NCBI GenBank assembly: GCA_965248695.1
Contig: CBDFKD010000002.1
Coordinates: forward strand, 2,592,001-2,656,000
Source: Acidobacteriota bacterium
GTDB taxonomy: Bacteria; Acidobacteriota; UBA890; WLXD01
DNA length: 64,000 nucleotides
Direction of reading: 5' to 3'
The notes beneath the pieces are model-generated. The model was given only the letters and a program-made list of their open reading frames with translations. It did not search any database and was not told where the DNA came from. Within the stretch, counting starts at the first letter, position 1. The number at the start of each line of letters is the position of its first letter. A program made the translations under genes and the position numbers. Positions 20,755 through 30,000 of this stretch are shown here, piece by piece.

Positions 20755-23661
20755 CTATCGTCGTAGCTGATCCCGGACCACCTCGACCCAGTGCTGCGCT
20801 GCGCGACCGGTGAAGTGCTCGATCTGGTGACGGCAGCTGAAGCCGCAGGCGATCAGCGACGCATCCTCGTCGAGCTCCCGAACTGCCGGGAACAGCCGAT
20901 CCTCGCCGATCTGGCGTGAGATCCCGTAGTGCTCCTTCTCGTAGCCGAACGAGCCCGCCATGCCGCAACACCCGGAATCCACCTCGTCCACCACCAGCCC
21001 GGGCACAAGGCTCAGCACCCGCTTCATGGCGGCAGTACCGTAGAGGGCCTTCTGGTGACAGTGGCCGTGGATCAGCACGCGGTCGGTGGTGGTCGCGAAA
21101 GACGGCTCGAGCCGGCCGGCAGCAATCTCGGCGTCGAGGAAGACGTCGATCATCATGACGCCGCCGGCGACACGGTCGGCGAGCGCCTGGTCCGCTACCA
21201 GATCGGGGAGATCATCGGTCAGCGCGGAAGCACAGCTGGGCTCGCAGACGAGCACCGGTACTCCGCGCTGAGCGTACGCATCGAGCTGTCGAAGGGTCGC
21301 CTCGCCGTCGCGCCGGGCCAGGCGCAGGAATCCGTGTGAGATGCGCGGGCGCTGGCAGCAACCGCCCGAGACCAGCTCGACGCGGTAGCCGAACGACGTC
21401 AGCAACTCGATAGCAGCTCTGCCGATATCGGGCTCGTGGCAGTCCAGGTAGGTGTCGGCGAACAGGGCGACCTCGCGCCCCGTACCCGTCGCTGCCTCCC
21501 CGTCCGACCAGCCGTGCAGCGGCTCCCGGTCCATCCAGCCACGCAATGGCTCGGCGGCCACAGCAGGCAACGTGCGGCGGCGATCAAACCCCACCAGCGC
21601 TTCGAGCAGGTAACGAAATACCGAGCTCCGCTGGGCCGCGTTGACCAGCGGCGCCCACCCACCAGCCAGCCGCCGCGCCATCATCGCCGAATCACGAATC
21701 AGACGATCGCGTAGCGACGCGCCGTTACGGTCATAGACCTTCTGCAGCACCTCGCTCTTGAGCGTCGCCATGTCGACATTGGACGGGCACTCCGTCTTAC
21801 AGGCCTTGCAAGACAGGCAGAGATCGAGCGCACCGCGTACAGGTGCGCTCGTGAGTCCGTCGGCGCCGAGCTGCCCCGACATCGCCAGACGCAGCGCGTT
21901 ACCGCGACCGCGCGTCGAGTGCTCCTCGTCGCGCGTCGCCATGTAGCTGGGACACATCGTGCCGCCGAGCGTCTTGCGACAAGCTCCAACGCCGCTGCAC
22001 ATCTCGACCGCGGCCGCGAAGCTCCCGTCGGCACGATACTGGAACACCGAGTCGCCGATATCAGCGCCGTAGGCGGCACCGTAGCGGAGGTTCTGGTCCA
22101 TCGGCGCGGCATCGACGATCTTGCCAGGGTTCATCAGATTGTCGGGATCGAACAGCGCCTTGATCTGACCGAACGCGGCGTAGATCTGCGGGCCGAAGTA
22201 GCGCTCGTTGAAGGGGCTCCTGACCAGGCCGTCACCATGCTCACCCGACCAGGCGCCGCCGTACTGGACCACGAGCTCGAACGTGCGCTCGGCGATCTGC
22301 TGCATCTTCTCGATGTCCTCGCCACGCCGCAGATCGAGAATCGGGCGCACGTGGATCACACCGACGCTGGCATGCGCGTACATCGCGGCCTCGACGTCGA
22401 GCTCGCGGCAGATGCCGAGCACCTTGGCGATGTACTCCGGAAGCAGCGGCACTGGAATCGCCGCGTCCTCGATGAACGGCAACGGTTTGCGATCGCCCTT
22501 CATTCCCAGCATCAGGCCGAGGCCGTTCTTGCGAACCTCCCAGACACGCGCCTGCGCGTCGACATCAAGCAACACCGGGAAGGCGTACCCGAGACCACGG
22601 GCCGGCAGATCGGCGGCCACCTGCCGGGCGCGCTCGGCGACGTCCGCCGCCGTATCGCCGTAGAACTCGACGATGAGCACCGCCTCTGGATCTTGCTGCA
22701 GGAAATCGCAGCTCTGCGCCGCCTGGCGGTTGTCGCGAGCCAGACGCAGGACGGTTCGATCGAGAATCTCTACCGCCGAGGGACCGTACGGCAGGATGTG
22801 CTCGACGGCGGTGATCGACTCGAGCAGGTCAGCGAAATGTGCCACGCAGATCGCCGTGTGACGCGGCAGCGGCTCGAGCCGAAGCGTGGCCTCAAGGGTG
22901 ACCGCCAGCGTGCCCTCGCTACCGACGAGGATCTTGGCCGGGTTCCAGTCGACGTCGGAAACCAGCTCATCGAGCGCGTAGCCGCCGACCCGGCGCATGA
23001 CCTCCGGGTAACGGGCGGCGATTTCGGAACGATTGTCGTCGACGATCTGCCGCAGCTGACGATAGATGCCGGCCTCACGGCCGTCTCCCTCTGTACAGCG
23101 TGCGATCTCGCCGGGCGAGAGACGCCGCAACTCCATCTCGGTGCCATCGGCCAGCAGCGTCTTGAGCGCCTCGACGTGGTCGATCGTCTTGCCGAAGAGG
23201 ATGCTCTTGGTTCCCGAGGAGTTGTTGCCGACCATGCCACCGATGTTGGCGCGATTGGCGGTCGCCGGGTCCGGTGCGAAGTGCAGTCCATGCCCGGCCA
23301 CCGCCGCGTTGAGCTCGTCACGCACCAGACCGGGCTCGACGCGTACGGTGCGCGCCTCGACGTCGAGCTCGAGGATCCGATTCATGTGCTTGGAGAAGTC
23401 GAGCACCATCGCCGCGCCGACGGTCTGCCCGGCGAGGCTGGTGCCGCCGCCGCGCGGCAAGATGGGAAGCCGATGACGAACGGCGATCGCCACCGCGTTG
23501 CGGACGTCGTCGGTGTCGTGCGGTAGCACCACCACAACGGGCAGGATCTGGTAGTTGCTCGCGTCGGTGGCGTAGATGCCCAGCGAGAGCTCGTCGGTAA
23601 GCACCTCGCCACGGATCTGCTCACGCAGCTCGCCAAGGGCGCCGGAGACGTCGGCGATCAT
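20755..23661 (-). CDS. FAD-linked oxidase / Fe-S (GlcD-GlcF-like) fusion oxidoreductase
   Basis: PRGGGTSLAGQ, GSEGTL, SGEHGDG, MNPGK, CSGVGAC, CLSCKACKTECP, CCG domains (GCCGMAGSFG, GFSCRHQ). Confidence 0.9.
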   Translation of the reverse strand: MIADVSGALGELREQIRGEVLTDELSLGIYATDASNYQILPVVVVLPHDTDDVRNAVAIAVRHRLPILPRGGGTSLAGQTVGAAMVLDFSKHMNRILELDVEARTVRVEPGLVRDELNAAVAGHGLHFAPDPATANRANIGGMVGNNSSGTKSILFGKTIDHVEALKTLLADGTEMELRRLSPGEIARCTEGDGREAGIYRQLRQIVDDNRSEIAARYPEVMRRVGGYALDELVSDVDWNPAKILVGSEGTLAVTLEATLRLEPLPRHTAICVAHFADLLESITAVEHILPYGPSAVEILDRTVLRLARDNRQAAQSCDFLQQDPEAVLIVEFYGDTAADVAERARQVAADLPARGLGYAFPVLLDVDAQARVWEVRKNGLGLMLGMKGDRKPLPFIEDAAIPVPLLPEYIAKVLGICRELDVEAAMYAHASVGVIHVRPILDLRRGEDIEKMQQIAERTFELVVQYGGAWSGEHGDGLVRSPFNERYFGPQIYAAFGQIKALFDPDNLMNPGKIVDAAPMDQNLRYGAAYGADIGDSVFQYRADGSFAAAVEMCSGVGACRKTLGGTMCPSYMATRDEEHSTRGRGNALRLAMSGQLGADGLTSAPVRGALDLCLSCKACKTECPSNVDMATLKSEVLQKVYDRNGASLRDRLIRDSAMMARRLAGGWAPLVNAAQRSSVFRYLLEALVGFDRRRTLPAVAAEPLRGWMDREPLHGWSDGEAATGTGREVALFADTYLDCHEPDIGRAAIELLTSFGYRVELVSGGCCQRPRISHGFLRLARRDGEATLRQLDAYAQRGVPVLVCEPSCASALTDDLPDLVADQALADRVAGGVMMIDVFLDAEIAAGRLEPSFATTTDRVLIHGHCHQKALYGTAAMKRVLSLVPGLVVDEVDSGCCGMAGSFGYEKEHYGISRQIGEDRLFPAVRELDEDASLIACGFSCRHQIEHFTGRAAQHWVEVVRDQLRR

Positions 23662-23671
23662 CAGCGCCCCG

Positions 23672-25876
23672 TCACCGCTCGCCGAGCTGCCACCAGACGA
23701 AGGCCAGCTCGGCAGCCGTGTCGTCGATCGAGCGCTGTACCGTGCGACCGCCGGCGTGGCCACGCCGCGGGTCGTACCGCAGGATCACCGGCCGGTCCGA
23801 TGACGTCGCCGCCTGCAGGCGAGCCGTCATCTTGCGCCCCTGCAGTGGCGACACGCGCGTATCGAGGTCGCCGGTGCTGATCAGCACCGCCGGATAGGGC
23901 GTGCGATCACGCACTGCCTGGTAGGGCGAGTAGCGCCGCAGGAAGGCGAACTGCTCCGGCAGCGCCGCGTTGCCGTATTCCAGCAGCGCCGGCTCGTTGT
24001 TGGTCTGCTCGAAGGTGAAGAACCTGACCATGTCGAGGTCGGGCACGCCGCACAGAACCGCGGCGAACAGATCCGGCCGTTGCGTCAGCGCGCTACCGAC
24101 CAGGAGACCGCCGTTGGAGCCACCGCGGATGGCCAAGTGCTCGGGGGAAGTGAAGCCGATGGCGATGAGATCCTCGCCGATGGCGATGAAATCATCGAAG
24201 ACGTTCTGCTTGTTCTCCAATCGACCATCGCGATGCCACTCCTCCCCGAGCTCGGTGCCACCCCGCAGGATCCCGTGAGCCCAGACCCCGCCGGCCTCGA
24301 CCCAGGCGACCGCCGCAGGGCTGAATCGCGGTGTCAGCGCGGCGCGGAATCCGCCGTAGCCGTTCAAGAGAGTGCGATTGGATCCGTCCAGGTCCACCCC
24401 GGGCAGGTGCACTACGAAGTAGGGCACCCGCGTGCCGTCGCGCGAGGTGGCCCAGCGCTGGCTCACGTCGTAGGCAGCGCCATCGAGCTCGACCCCGGGC
24501 AGCTCATGGACGACGAGCTCGCCGCTGTCGAGATCGAGCTCGTACTCCGTGCTCGGCATGACAAACGACGTCGCCCTGACGCGCACCGGAGCGTCGCCGC
24601 CACCGGATAGCGTCGCCGTTGATAGCGGCTGCACAGCAACCTCGCGGACGTGCCGTCCGTCGGCATCAAGCAGGTTCACGCGCGACGTCGCATCTTCGAA
24701 CGTCGATGTCGCCCAGCCATCGCCGGCGGGCAGCACCTGCCGCAGCACCTGAGAGCCCTCAGCGATCACCTCACGCCACTGCTGTGGCCCGCTAGCCGCA
24801 GTATCCACGGCCATCCAGCGGCCCAGCGGCGCCTCGTAGTCGGTCAGCACGTAGAGGGTGTCGTCAATGAATCGCGGCTCGAAATGGGCGTTGACACCCT
24901 CCGCCAGCGGCCGTACCGACCCCGCCAACGTCAGTCGATCGTCAGTCAGCGGCGCGATGTACAGGTCATGGCGCTGCCAGCCGTGGTTCACGTGGAAAAG
25001 CAGCTGCGAATCGTCGGCGATGCGCGAGGCTGATATGAACTGTTGCGGGCCGATGCCCGACCCGAACACCTCGACGTCGGCGGACGGATCGGTGCCGAGC
25101 CGATGCACTCGGGCACGCGGTCCGACGTCGCGCGAACGGTGAACGTAGAGAAACGAATCGGCCTCGACGTTCCACAGAAAGCTGCCGCCATAGAGCGCCG
25201 TCGGCAGGCGATCGGGTAGCTCAGCATCGGCATGCAGATCGAAGGCACGAATCTCGATCTCGTCGGGTCCACCGTCACGGACCGAGTACAGCATGACGCG
25301 ATCGTCCGGAGAGATGCTCAGGATGCGCACGGAGACCGTGCCGTCGTCGCGCATGGCCAGAGGATCGACGAGAACCTCGTACTCCAGTGTCGGATCGGGA
25401 GCTGCGTCGCCCGGCGATGCGTCGGGTAGCGCTCCGTCGGCAGCCGACCCTGACGCCACACCGTCACCTACCGCCGGACGCCGAACGATCCGGGCCACGG
25501 GCTCGCCGACGCGCCGCAACGTGAAGACCTGATGCGTCCCCGCCTGGCGCGGCTCGCCTACATCAGCGATGTCGATCAGCGTCGTGAGCCGCTCGCGGAA
25601 CGCACCCCGGTAGGCCTCGGCGGGTTCCAGGACGAGATCGGCGAACGCATTCTGGCGCTCGATCCAGTCTCGTGTCGCGGCGCTCTCCTGGTCCTCGAGC
25701 CAGCGATAGTCGTCGACGATCTCCTCTCCGTGCAGCACATCCACTACCGGGTCGCGGCGCGAGTCCGGCGGCGACCATGAGGACGACGCGGGCCCGCACC
25801 CGGACTCCAGGAGCGCCAGCATCACCACCCCGGTGAGCGCGGTGCTCCGGCGCCTCAATCGAGACCGGATGCGCAT
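23672..25876 (-). CDS. Prolyl oligopeptidase (S9A), probable lipoprotein
   Basis: DDYRWLED, SRDGTRVP, GYGGF, nucleophile GGSNGG, DTRV, GHAG; GGAGG RBS before ATG 25876. Confidence 0.92.
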   Translation of the reverse strand: MRIRSRLRRRSTALTGVVMLALLESGCGPASSSWSPPDSRRDPVVDVLHGEEIVDDYRWLEDQESAATRDWIERQNAFADLVLEPAEAYRGAFRERLTTLIDIADVGEPRQAGTHQVFTLRRVGEPVARIVRRPAVGDGVASGSAADGALPDASPGDAAPDPTLEYEVLVDPLAMRDDGTVSVRILSISPDDRVMLYSVRDGGPDEIEIRAFDLHADAELPDRLPTALYGGSFLWNVEADSFLYVHRSRDVGPRARVHRLGTDPSADVEVFGSGIGPQQFISASRIADDSQLLFHVNHGWQRHDLYIAPLTDDRLTLAGSVRPLAEGVNAHFEPRFIDDTLYVLTDYEAPLGRWMAVDTAASGPQQWREVIAEGSQVLRQVLPAGDGWATSTFEDATSRVNLLDADGRHVREVAVQPLSTATLSGGGDAPVRVRATSFVMPSTEYELDLDSGELVVHELPGVELDGAAYDVSQRWATSRDGTRVPYFVVHLPGVDLDGSNRTLLNGYGGFRAALTPRFSPAAVAWVEAGGVWAHGILRGGTELGEEWHRDGRLENKQNVFDDFIAIGEDLIAIGFTSPEHLAIRGGSNGGLLVGSALTQRPDLFAAVLCGVPDLDMVRFFTFEQTNNEPALLEYGNAALPEQFAFLRRYSPYQAVRDRTPYPAVLISTGDLDTRVSPLQGRKMTARLQAATSSDRPVILRYDPRRGHAGGRTVQRSIDDTAAELAFVWWQLGER

Positions 25877-26025
25877 GACACCTCCGTTGCGGGATCGGGT
25901 TGGGCCGGGCCGACAGCTCTGGCACCGAACGACGCACGCTAGTGTAGGTCGATCTACGGTCACAGGGGGACGCCGGCGGCGGCCGTGGTGCTCGACGGAG
26001 GCCCCGGGAACCCGCGACCTGTGCA

Positions 26026-26078
26026 GCACCCGGGGCACTCGGAGCACCCGGAGCGCCCGGTGCCCCGGAGCGCCCGGC
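26026..26078. repeat. Degenerate 9-bp tandem repeat (GCACCCGGA-like, 6 units) in a divergent intergenic region
   Basis: gcacccggg gcactcgga gcacccgga gcgcccggt gccccgga gcgcccggc. Confidence 0.8.
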
Positions 26079-26151
26079 GGCGCGATACGATGCCCCCCTT
26101 CGGGGCTTCCCCGTCGGCCGACGACCTTCAACCGCAACACCGAGGACCCCC

Positions 26152-27051
26152 GTGCGGGCGCATAACCGCGGCTTCCTGGTCGTGTTCCTGGCCAACGCCT
26201 GCCTCAGCACGCTGCCTACGGCGGTCAAGATCGGCCTGACTGCGGGTGCCGCCACGCCGCTGCAGCTGCTCGCGCCGCGGATGATGCTTCGCAGCGGCTT
26301 GATCGGCCTGTACCTGTGGTTCGCACGGTCCGGGGTGATCCTGATCCGGCGTCGGGGACGGCTCGACTGCGCCCTCGCCGGCGCGCTGAACATCCTGAGC
26401 CTGCTGTTCTTCTACTGGGCGTTGCAGCGCATCGACGCCGCCATCGGCATGCTGGTGTTCGCCAGCTATCCCGCCTTGCTTCTGGGGATCCTGGCGTTGC
26501 GGGGCGAGACCATCACCCGCCTCGACTGGACGCGCCTGGCAATGGCGCTGATGGGTATCTCGCTGGTCTCCGACCTGACCGGCGACGTCGACCTGCTCGG
26601 AATCCTGCTCGCTGTCGTCTGCGCCATCCTCTACGCGCTCTACATGCTGGTCATCCACGCGCGGCTGGTGGCATATCCAGCCACGACTACGGCGTTCTGG
26701 GTCACCGGCTCGATGGGGCTGATCGGGTACGTATTGCTGCCGTTCGAGGCGCCGGGTGATCCGCTCACGTCAGTGGGCTGGGCGGTGGTGCTCTGGTCGG
26801 CAATCATCGGCACCGCCATCGCACGGGTCGCAACGATCCAGGGGGTTCGCCTGCTGGGTGGCGGACAGACGGCGTTGATGATGCCCATCGAAGCTGTAAT
26901 GAGCCTCGCCCTCGCCTGGGTGATTCTTGGCGAGCGGCTTGCGGCGGTGCAGTGGCTGGGTGCTGGTTTGATCATCGGCGCCGTGATGCTCGCACCCGCC
27001 CGCCGAATGCAGCTGCAACGCCGCCACAAACGACGCGCGAGCGGCGCCTGA
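26152..27051 (+). CDS. EamA/DMT family transporter
   Basis: About 10 TM helices in two repeats, YPA...GE and IEAV...LGERL motifs. Confidence 0.85.
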   Translation: MRAHNRGFLVVFLANACLSTLPTAVKIGLTAGAATPLQLLAPRMMLRSGLIGLYLWFARSGVILIRRRGRLDCALAGALNILSLLFFYWALQRIDAAIGMLVFASYPALLLGILALRGETITRLDWTRLAMALMGISLVSDLTGDVDLLGILLAVVCAILYALYMLVIHARLVAYPATTTAFWVTGSMGLIGYVLLPFEAPGDPLTSVGWAVVLWSAIIGTAIARVATIQGVRLLGGGQTALMMPIEAVMSLALAWVILGERLAAVQWLGAGLIIGAVMLAPARRMQLQRRHKRRASGA

Positions 27052-27117
27052 ATCCGGATTCTGCGCGGCCGAGCCTGGATGCTGTCTGCGCGGCGGTGTG
27101 GCCGCGCCGGTACCGCC

Positions 27118-28467
27118 CTACAGGATTCCGGCGCCGGTCAACAGTACGAAGGCTACCGCGAGCGGAATGAGAAACAGCATCAATGGCTTCCACGCGGCGG
27201 TGACCCGCACCCTGCCGGCGCCGGTGTTGGTGTCGTCGCGGAAACGATCGAACCCCCATACGAAGGCGACGTACAACGACAGCATCAGCCCGCCGAGGGG
27301 GAGCAAGTAGCTTCCCGTAGCCGTATCGAAAAGGGCGAACAGATCCATGCCCATCACGCTCAGGTTCGAGCCCGGCGCCAACGACAGAATCACGAGTGTC
27401 GACAATAGCCCGAACAGGCCGGCCAGTAGCCAGGTGGCCTGCGATCGGCGCAGCTTGGTCAGGTCGGTGAGGGAGGTGGTCAACACCTCGAACAGGGCGG
27501 CGGCAGAAGTGACGGCGGCCAGGATGAGCAGGAAGAAGAAGCCCCCACCGAAGACGCTGCCACCGGGCATACGCGCGAACATGTTCGTCATCGTGACGAA
27601 CAGGAGCCCTGGGCCGGTTTCCGGCTGGAGCCCGAAGGCGAACAGCGCCGGAAAGATCACCAGCCCGGCGAGAAAGGCGATGAACGTATCGCAGGCAACC
27701 ACCAGGGCAGCGTTGCCGGGGACGTCGCTGTCATCGGGGTGCAAATAGCTGCCGAGCCCGAAGGAAGCGGCCATTCCGATGCCGATTGAATAGAACGCTT
27801 GACCCTGAGCCGCCAGCAGGCTGCTGCTGTTGATCGCCGAGAAGTCGGGGGTCAGGTACCAGACGAGCCCGGCCCACGCACCGGGGTAGGTCACCGAGCG
27901 GATCGCCAGCAGCACCATCAGGACGAACAGCACCGGCATCGCGTACACGCCGACGCGCTCGAGACCGCGACGCAAACCGCGCCCGGCAATCAGCGCCAGC
28001 ACGACGATCACCAGCAACGTGTAGGCGATCACCGGTCCCGGAGTGCCGATAAACGTCTCGTAGGTTGCGGCCAGCTGCTCCGGAGGCATGCTCGTGAGCT
28101 GTCCGCTGACGATCATGCGGAAGTAGCCGAGGATCCAGCCGATCAGCATCACGTAGTACGACTGCATGAGCACTGCGGCCCCCACACCCACCCAGGCAAT
28201 CAGATTCCAGGGGCTCGTTGGCGAGCCCGTGAGGCTGATCATCCCGGCGACCGGCGTAAGCTGTGCCTTGCGGCCGAGGCTGATCTCGGCGCTCATCAAC
28301 GGAATGCCGATGAGGATGGCGAACAGCACGTACATGAGCAGAAACGCGCCGCCGCCGTTGGTGCCGGTGAGGTAGGGGAACCGCCAGATATTCCCCAGGC
28401 CGATGGCAAACCCCGCCGTCGCCATGATGAACCCGAAACGACTGGCCCAGGCTTCGCGCAATGTCAC
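27118..28467 (-). CDS. Sodium:neurotransmitter symporter (NSS/LeuT-like) amino acid/amine transporter
   Basis: REAWASRFGF, AIGLGNIWRFPY, NGGGAF, QAFYS, GPGLLF. Confidence 0.93.
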   Translation of the reverse strand: MTLREAWASRFGFIMATAGFAIGLGNIWRFPYLTGTNGGGAFLLMYVLFAILIGIPLMSAEISLGRKAQLTPVAGMISLTGSPTSPWNLIAWVGVGAAVLMQSYYVMLIGWILGYFRMIVSGQLTSMPPEQLAATYETFIGTPGPVIAYTLLVIVVLALIAGRGLRRGLERVGVYAMPVLFVLMVLLAIRSVTYPGAWAGLVWYLTPDFSAINSSSLLAAQGQAFYSIGIGMAASFGLGSYLHPDDSDVPGNAALVVACDTFIAFLAGLVIFPALFAFGLQPETGPGLLFVTMTNMFARMPGGSVFGGGFFFLLILAAVTSAAALFEVLTTSLTDLTKLRRSQATWLLAGLFGLLSTLVILSLAPGSNLSVMGMDLFALFDTATGSYLLPLGGLMLSLYVAFVWGFDRFRDDTNTGAGRVRVTAAWKPLMLFLIPLAVAFVLLTGAGIL

Positions 28468-28546
28468 TGCTCCGCGGAAGAACCCACGCCCAGTGTACGC
28501 GATCTCGGCTACCGATCAGCGGGCGCGCACCACCGGAGCCCACGCC

Positions 28547-28786
28547 CTAGTCGGTCGTCGCGGTCTCCTGGGTCTCTTCGGACTCCTCGGACTCTTTGGT
28601 CTCCTCGGGCTCGCTGAGAATCCCGAGACCGACGAGATCGTCGCGCGATGCCATCTGCGTGCCCGGCTGCTTGCCGTGACGGCGCTCGCGCTTCAGGGCC
28701 TGCTTTTCGGCCTTCCGCCGCTCGCGCTGCCGCTTGGCTGCCTCCCGCTGTCGCTTCAGTACTGATGTTCTACTTCGTCTGGCCAT
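28547..28786 (-). CDS. Small basic/acidic low-complexity protein downstream of the cold-shock gene
   Basis: MARRSRTSVLKRQREAAKRQRERRKAEK... with an acidic tail encoded by a 9-bp repeat (28565-28609). Confidence 0.65.
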   Translation of the reverse strand: MARRSRTSVLKRQREAAKRQRERRKAEKQALKRERRHGKQPGTQMASRDDLVGLGILSEPEETKESEESEETQETATTD

Positions 28787-28932
28787 AAACCCCTGCAGTC
28801 GTTTTCTGGAATCGAAGGCTTCGTCGGTACGGCGCGGCGCCAATGACGATCGCGCCACCCGTGGTTCTTCACGGGCAGCGCGACGGTAACGTCATGACTG
28901 GATACGATACCGACAGGAGTCCCGCGGTCAGG

Positions 28933-29133
28933 CTAGAGGGGGCGTACGTTCGCCGCCGCCGGCCCCTTGGGCCCCTGAGTTACATCGAACTCGACCTTCT
29001 GGTCTTCCAGCAGCGTGCGGTGACCCTCAGCCACGATCGCGGTCTGGTGCACGAACACGTCCGGGCCCTCTTCCTGGGCAATAAAGCCGAAGCCCTTCGT
29101 GTCGTTGAACCACTTCACAGTGCCGATAGCCAC
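28933..29133 (-). CDS. cspA: Cold-shock protein
   Basis: [15 protein letters not shown] (RNP1), DVFVH (RNP2), [10 protein letters not shown]; GGAGGT RBS before GTG 29133. Confidence 0.95.
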   Translation of the reverse strand: MAIGTVKWFNDTKGFGFIAQEEGPDVFVHQTAIVAEGHRTLLEDQKVEFDVTQGPKGPAAANVRPL

Positions 29134-29422
29134 GGGTACACCTCCCTCTAAGGAACGTGGTGGGTGTTGCCTTGACGGAGGCAGTGCCGACCATCGGCAC
29201 AGCATTGCTCTGTTTCGAGCGTCGCGAGCGACGAATAAGCTCGGCGCCAATCACAACTTCCACTTCTGTTTGGCCAAAGTCTAACAGGCACGGCTAGCCG
29301 AGGCTCCACTCAGGGCCCGGCCGGGTGCGCCGGTTTGAACGATTGGCTCCCGCCCCGCGGACGCTCTGCCCCTGCAGAGATCGACGAGGTGACCATCTTC
29401 GAGATCTCGATGTGATCATTTC

Positions 29423-29461
29423 GCTACACTGTGGTAATATCTATAATACTACATTGTAGTA
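29423..29461 (+). promoter_or_regulatory. TATAAT -10 box flanked by a perfect palindrome (TACTACA-T-TGTAGTA) and a degenerate copy; probable PadR operator
   Basis: TATAAT at 29442-29447, palindrome at 29447-29461, degenerate copy gCTACAcTGTgGt at 29423-29435, about 70 bp upstream of padR. Confidence 0.7.
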
Positions 29462-29533
29462 AAATCGATCTCAGCACCCACCTTTTCGTCGGTTGGTGCA
29501 AGTACCTACAGACGGAGATACAGGCGAACGACC

Positions 29534-29869
29534 ATGGGCTATCTCGGCGAATTCGAACAGCTGATCCTCTTTGCCGTCGTCGAACTCGGCGACGATGCCT
29601 ACGGCGGAGCGATCCGGGAGACCATCGAACGGCGGACCGGCCGCGTGGTCTCCTCGGGGGCGATCTACACGGCGCTGGGCCGGCTCGCCGAACGAAATCT
29701 GGTCACGTCGACGATAGGCGAACCTACGCCGGGGCGCGCCGGCCGACCCCGAAAGTACTACTCGTTGGAGCCGTCGGGGGCTCGTGCGCTGCGAACCACC
29801 TACTCCACCATCCAGGCGATGGCCGGTGGGCTGGCCACCAGGCTCGATGAGCTGGCGGAGGAGCGCTAG
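29534..29869 (+). CDS. padR: PadR-family transcriptional regulator (second copy)
   Basis: LGEFEQLILFAV, GAIYTALGRLAER, GRPRKYY. Confidence 0.9.
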   Translation: MGYLGEFEQLILFAVVELGDDAYGGAIRETIERRTGRVVSSGAIYTALGRLAERNLVTSTIGEPTPGRAGRPRKYYSLEPSGARALRTTYSTIQAMAGGLATRLDELAEER

Positions 29870-29985
29870 TGGCCTGTAACAGAGGAATCGTTAGTGCCGT
29901 GGTGGCGAAATGGGGTCGGATGCAAGGCGCTCCGACGAGTCGATGTTGGTGCATCTCCGAGGAGGAGCAACAGAGCAGGCTACGG
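29867..29985 (+). mobile_element. Probable truncated MITE/interspersed repeat starting TAGTGGCCTGTAAC
   Basis: Terminal motif recurs at 37593 and, with 1 mismatch, at 55281. Internal GGATGCAAGGCGC...CCGAGGAGGAGCAAC can form a nested stem. No right end seen. Confidence 0.5.
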
Positions 29986-30000
29986 GTTCAACGTTCCGCG

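Noticed and set aside
26026-26078. CRISPR array
   Set aside because: Units are 9 bp, contiguous and have no spacers; no cas genes in the window.
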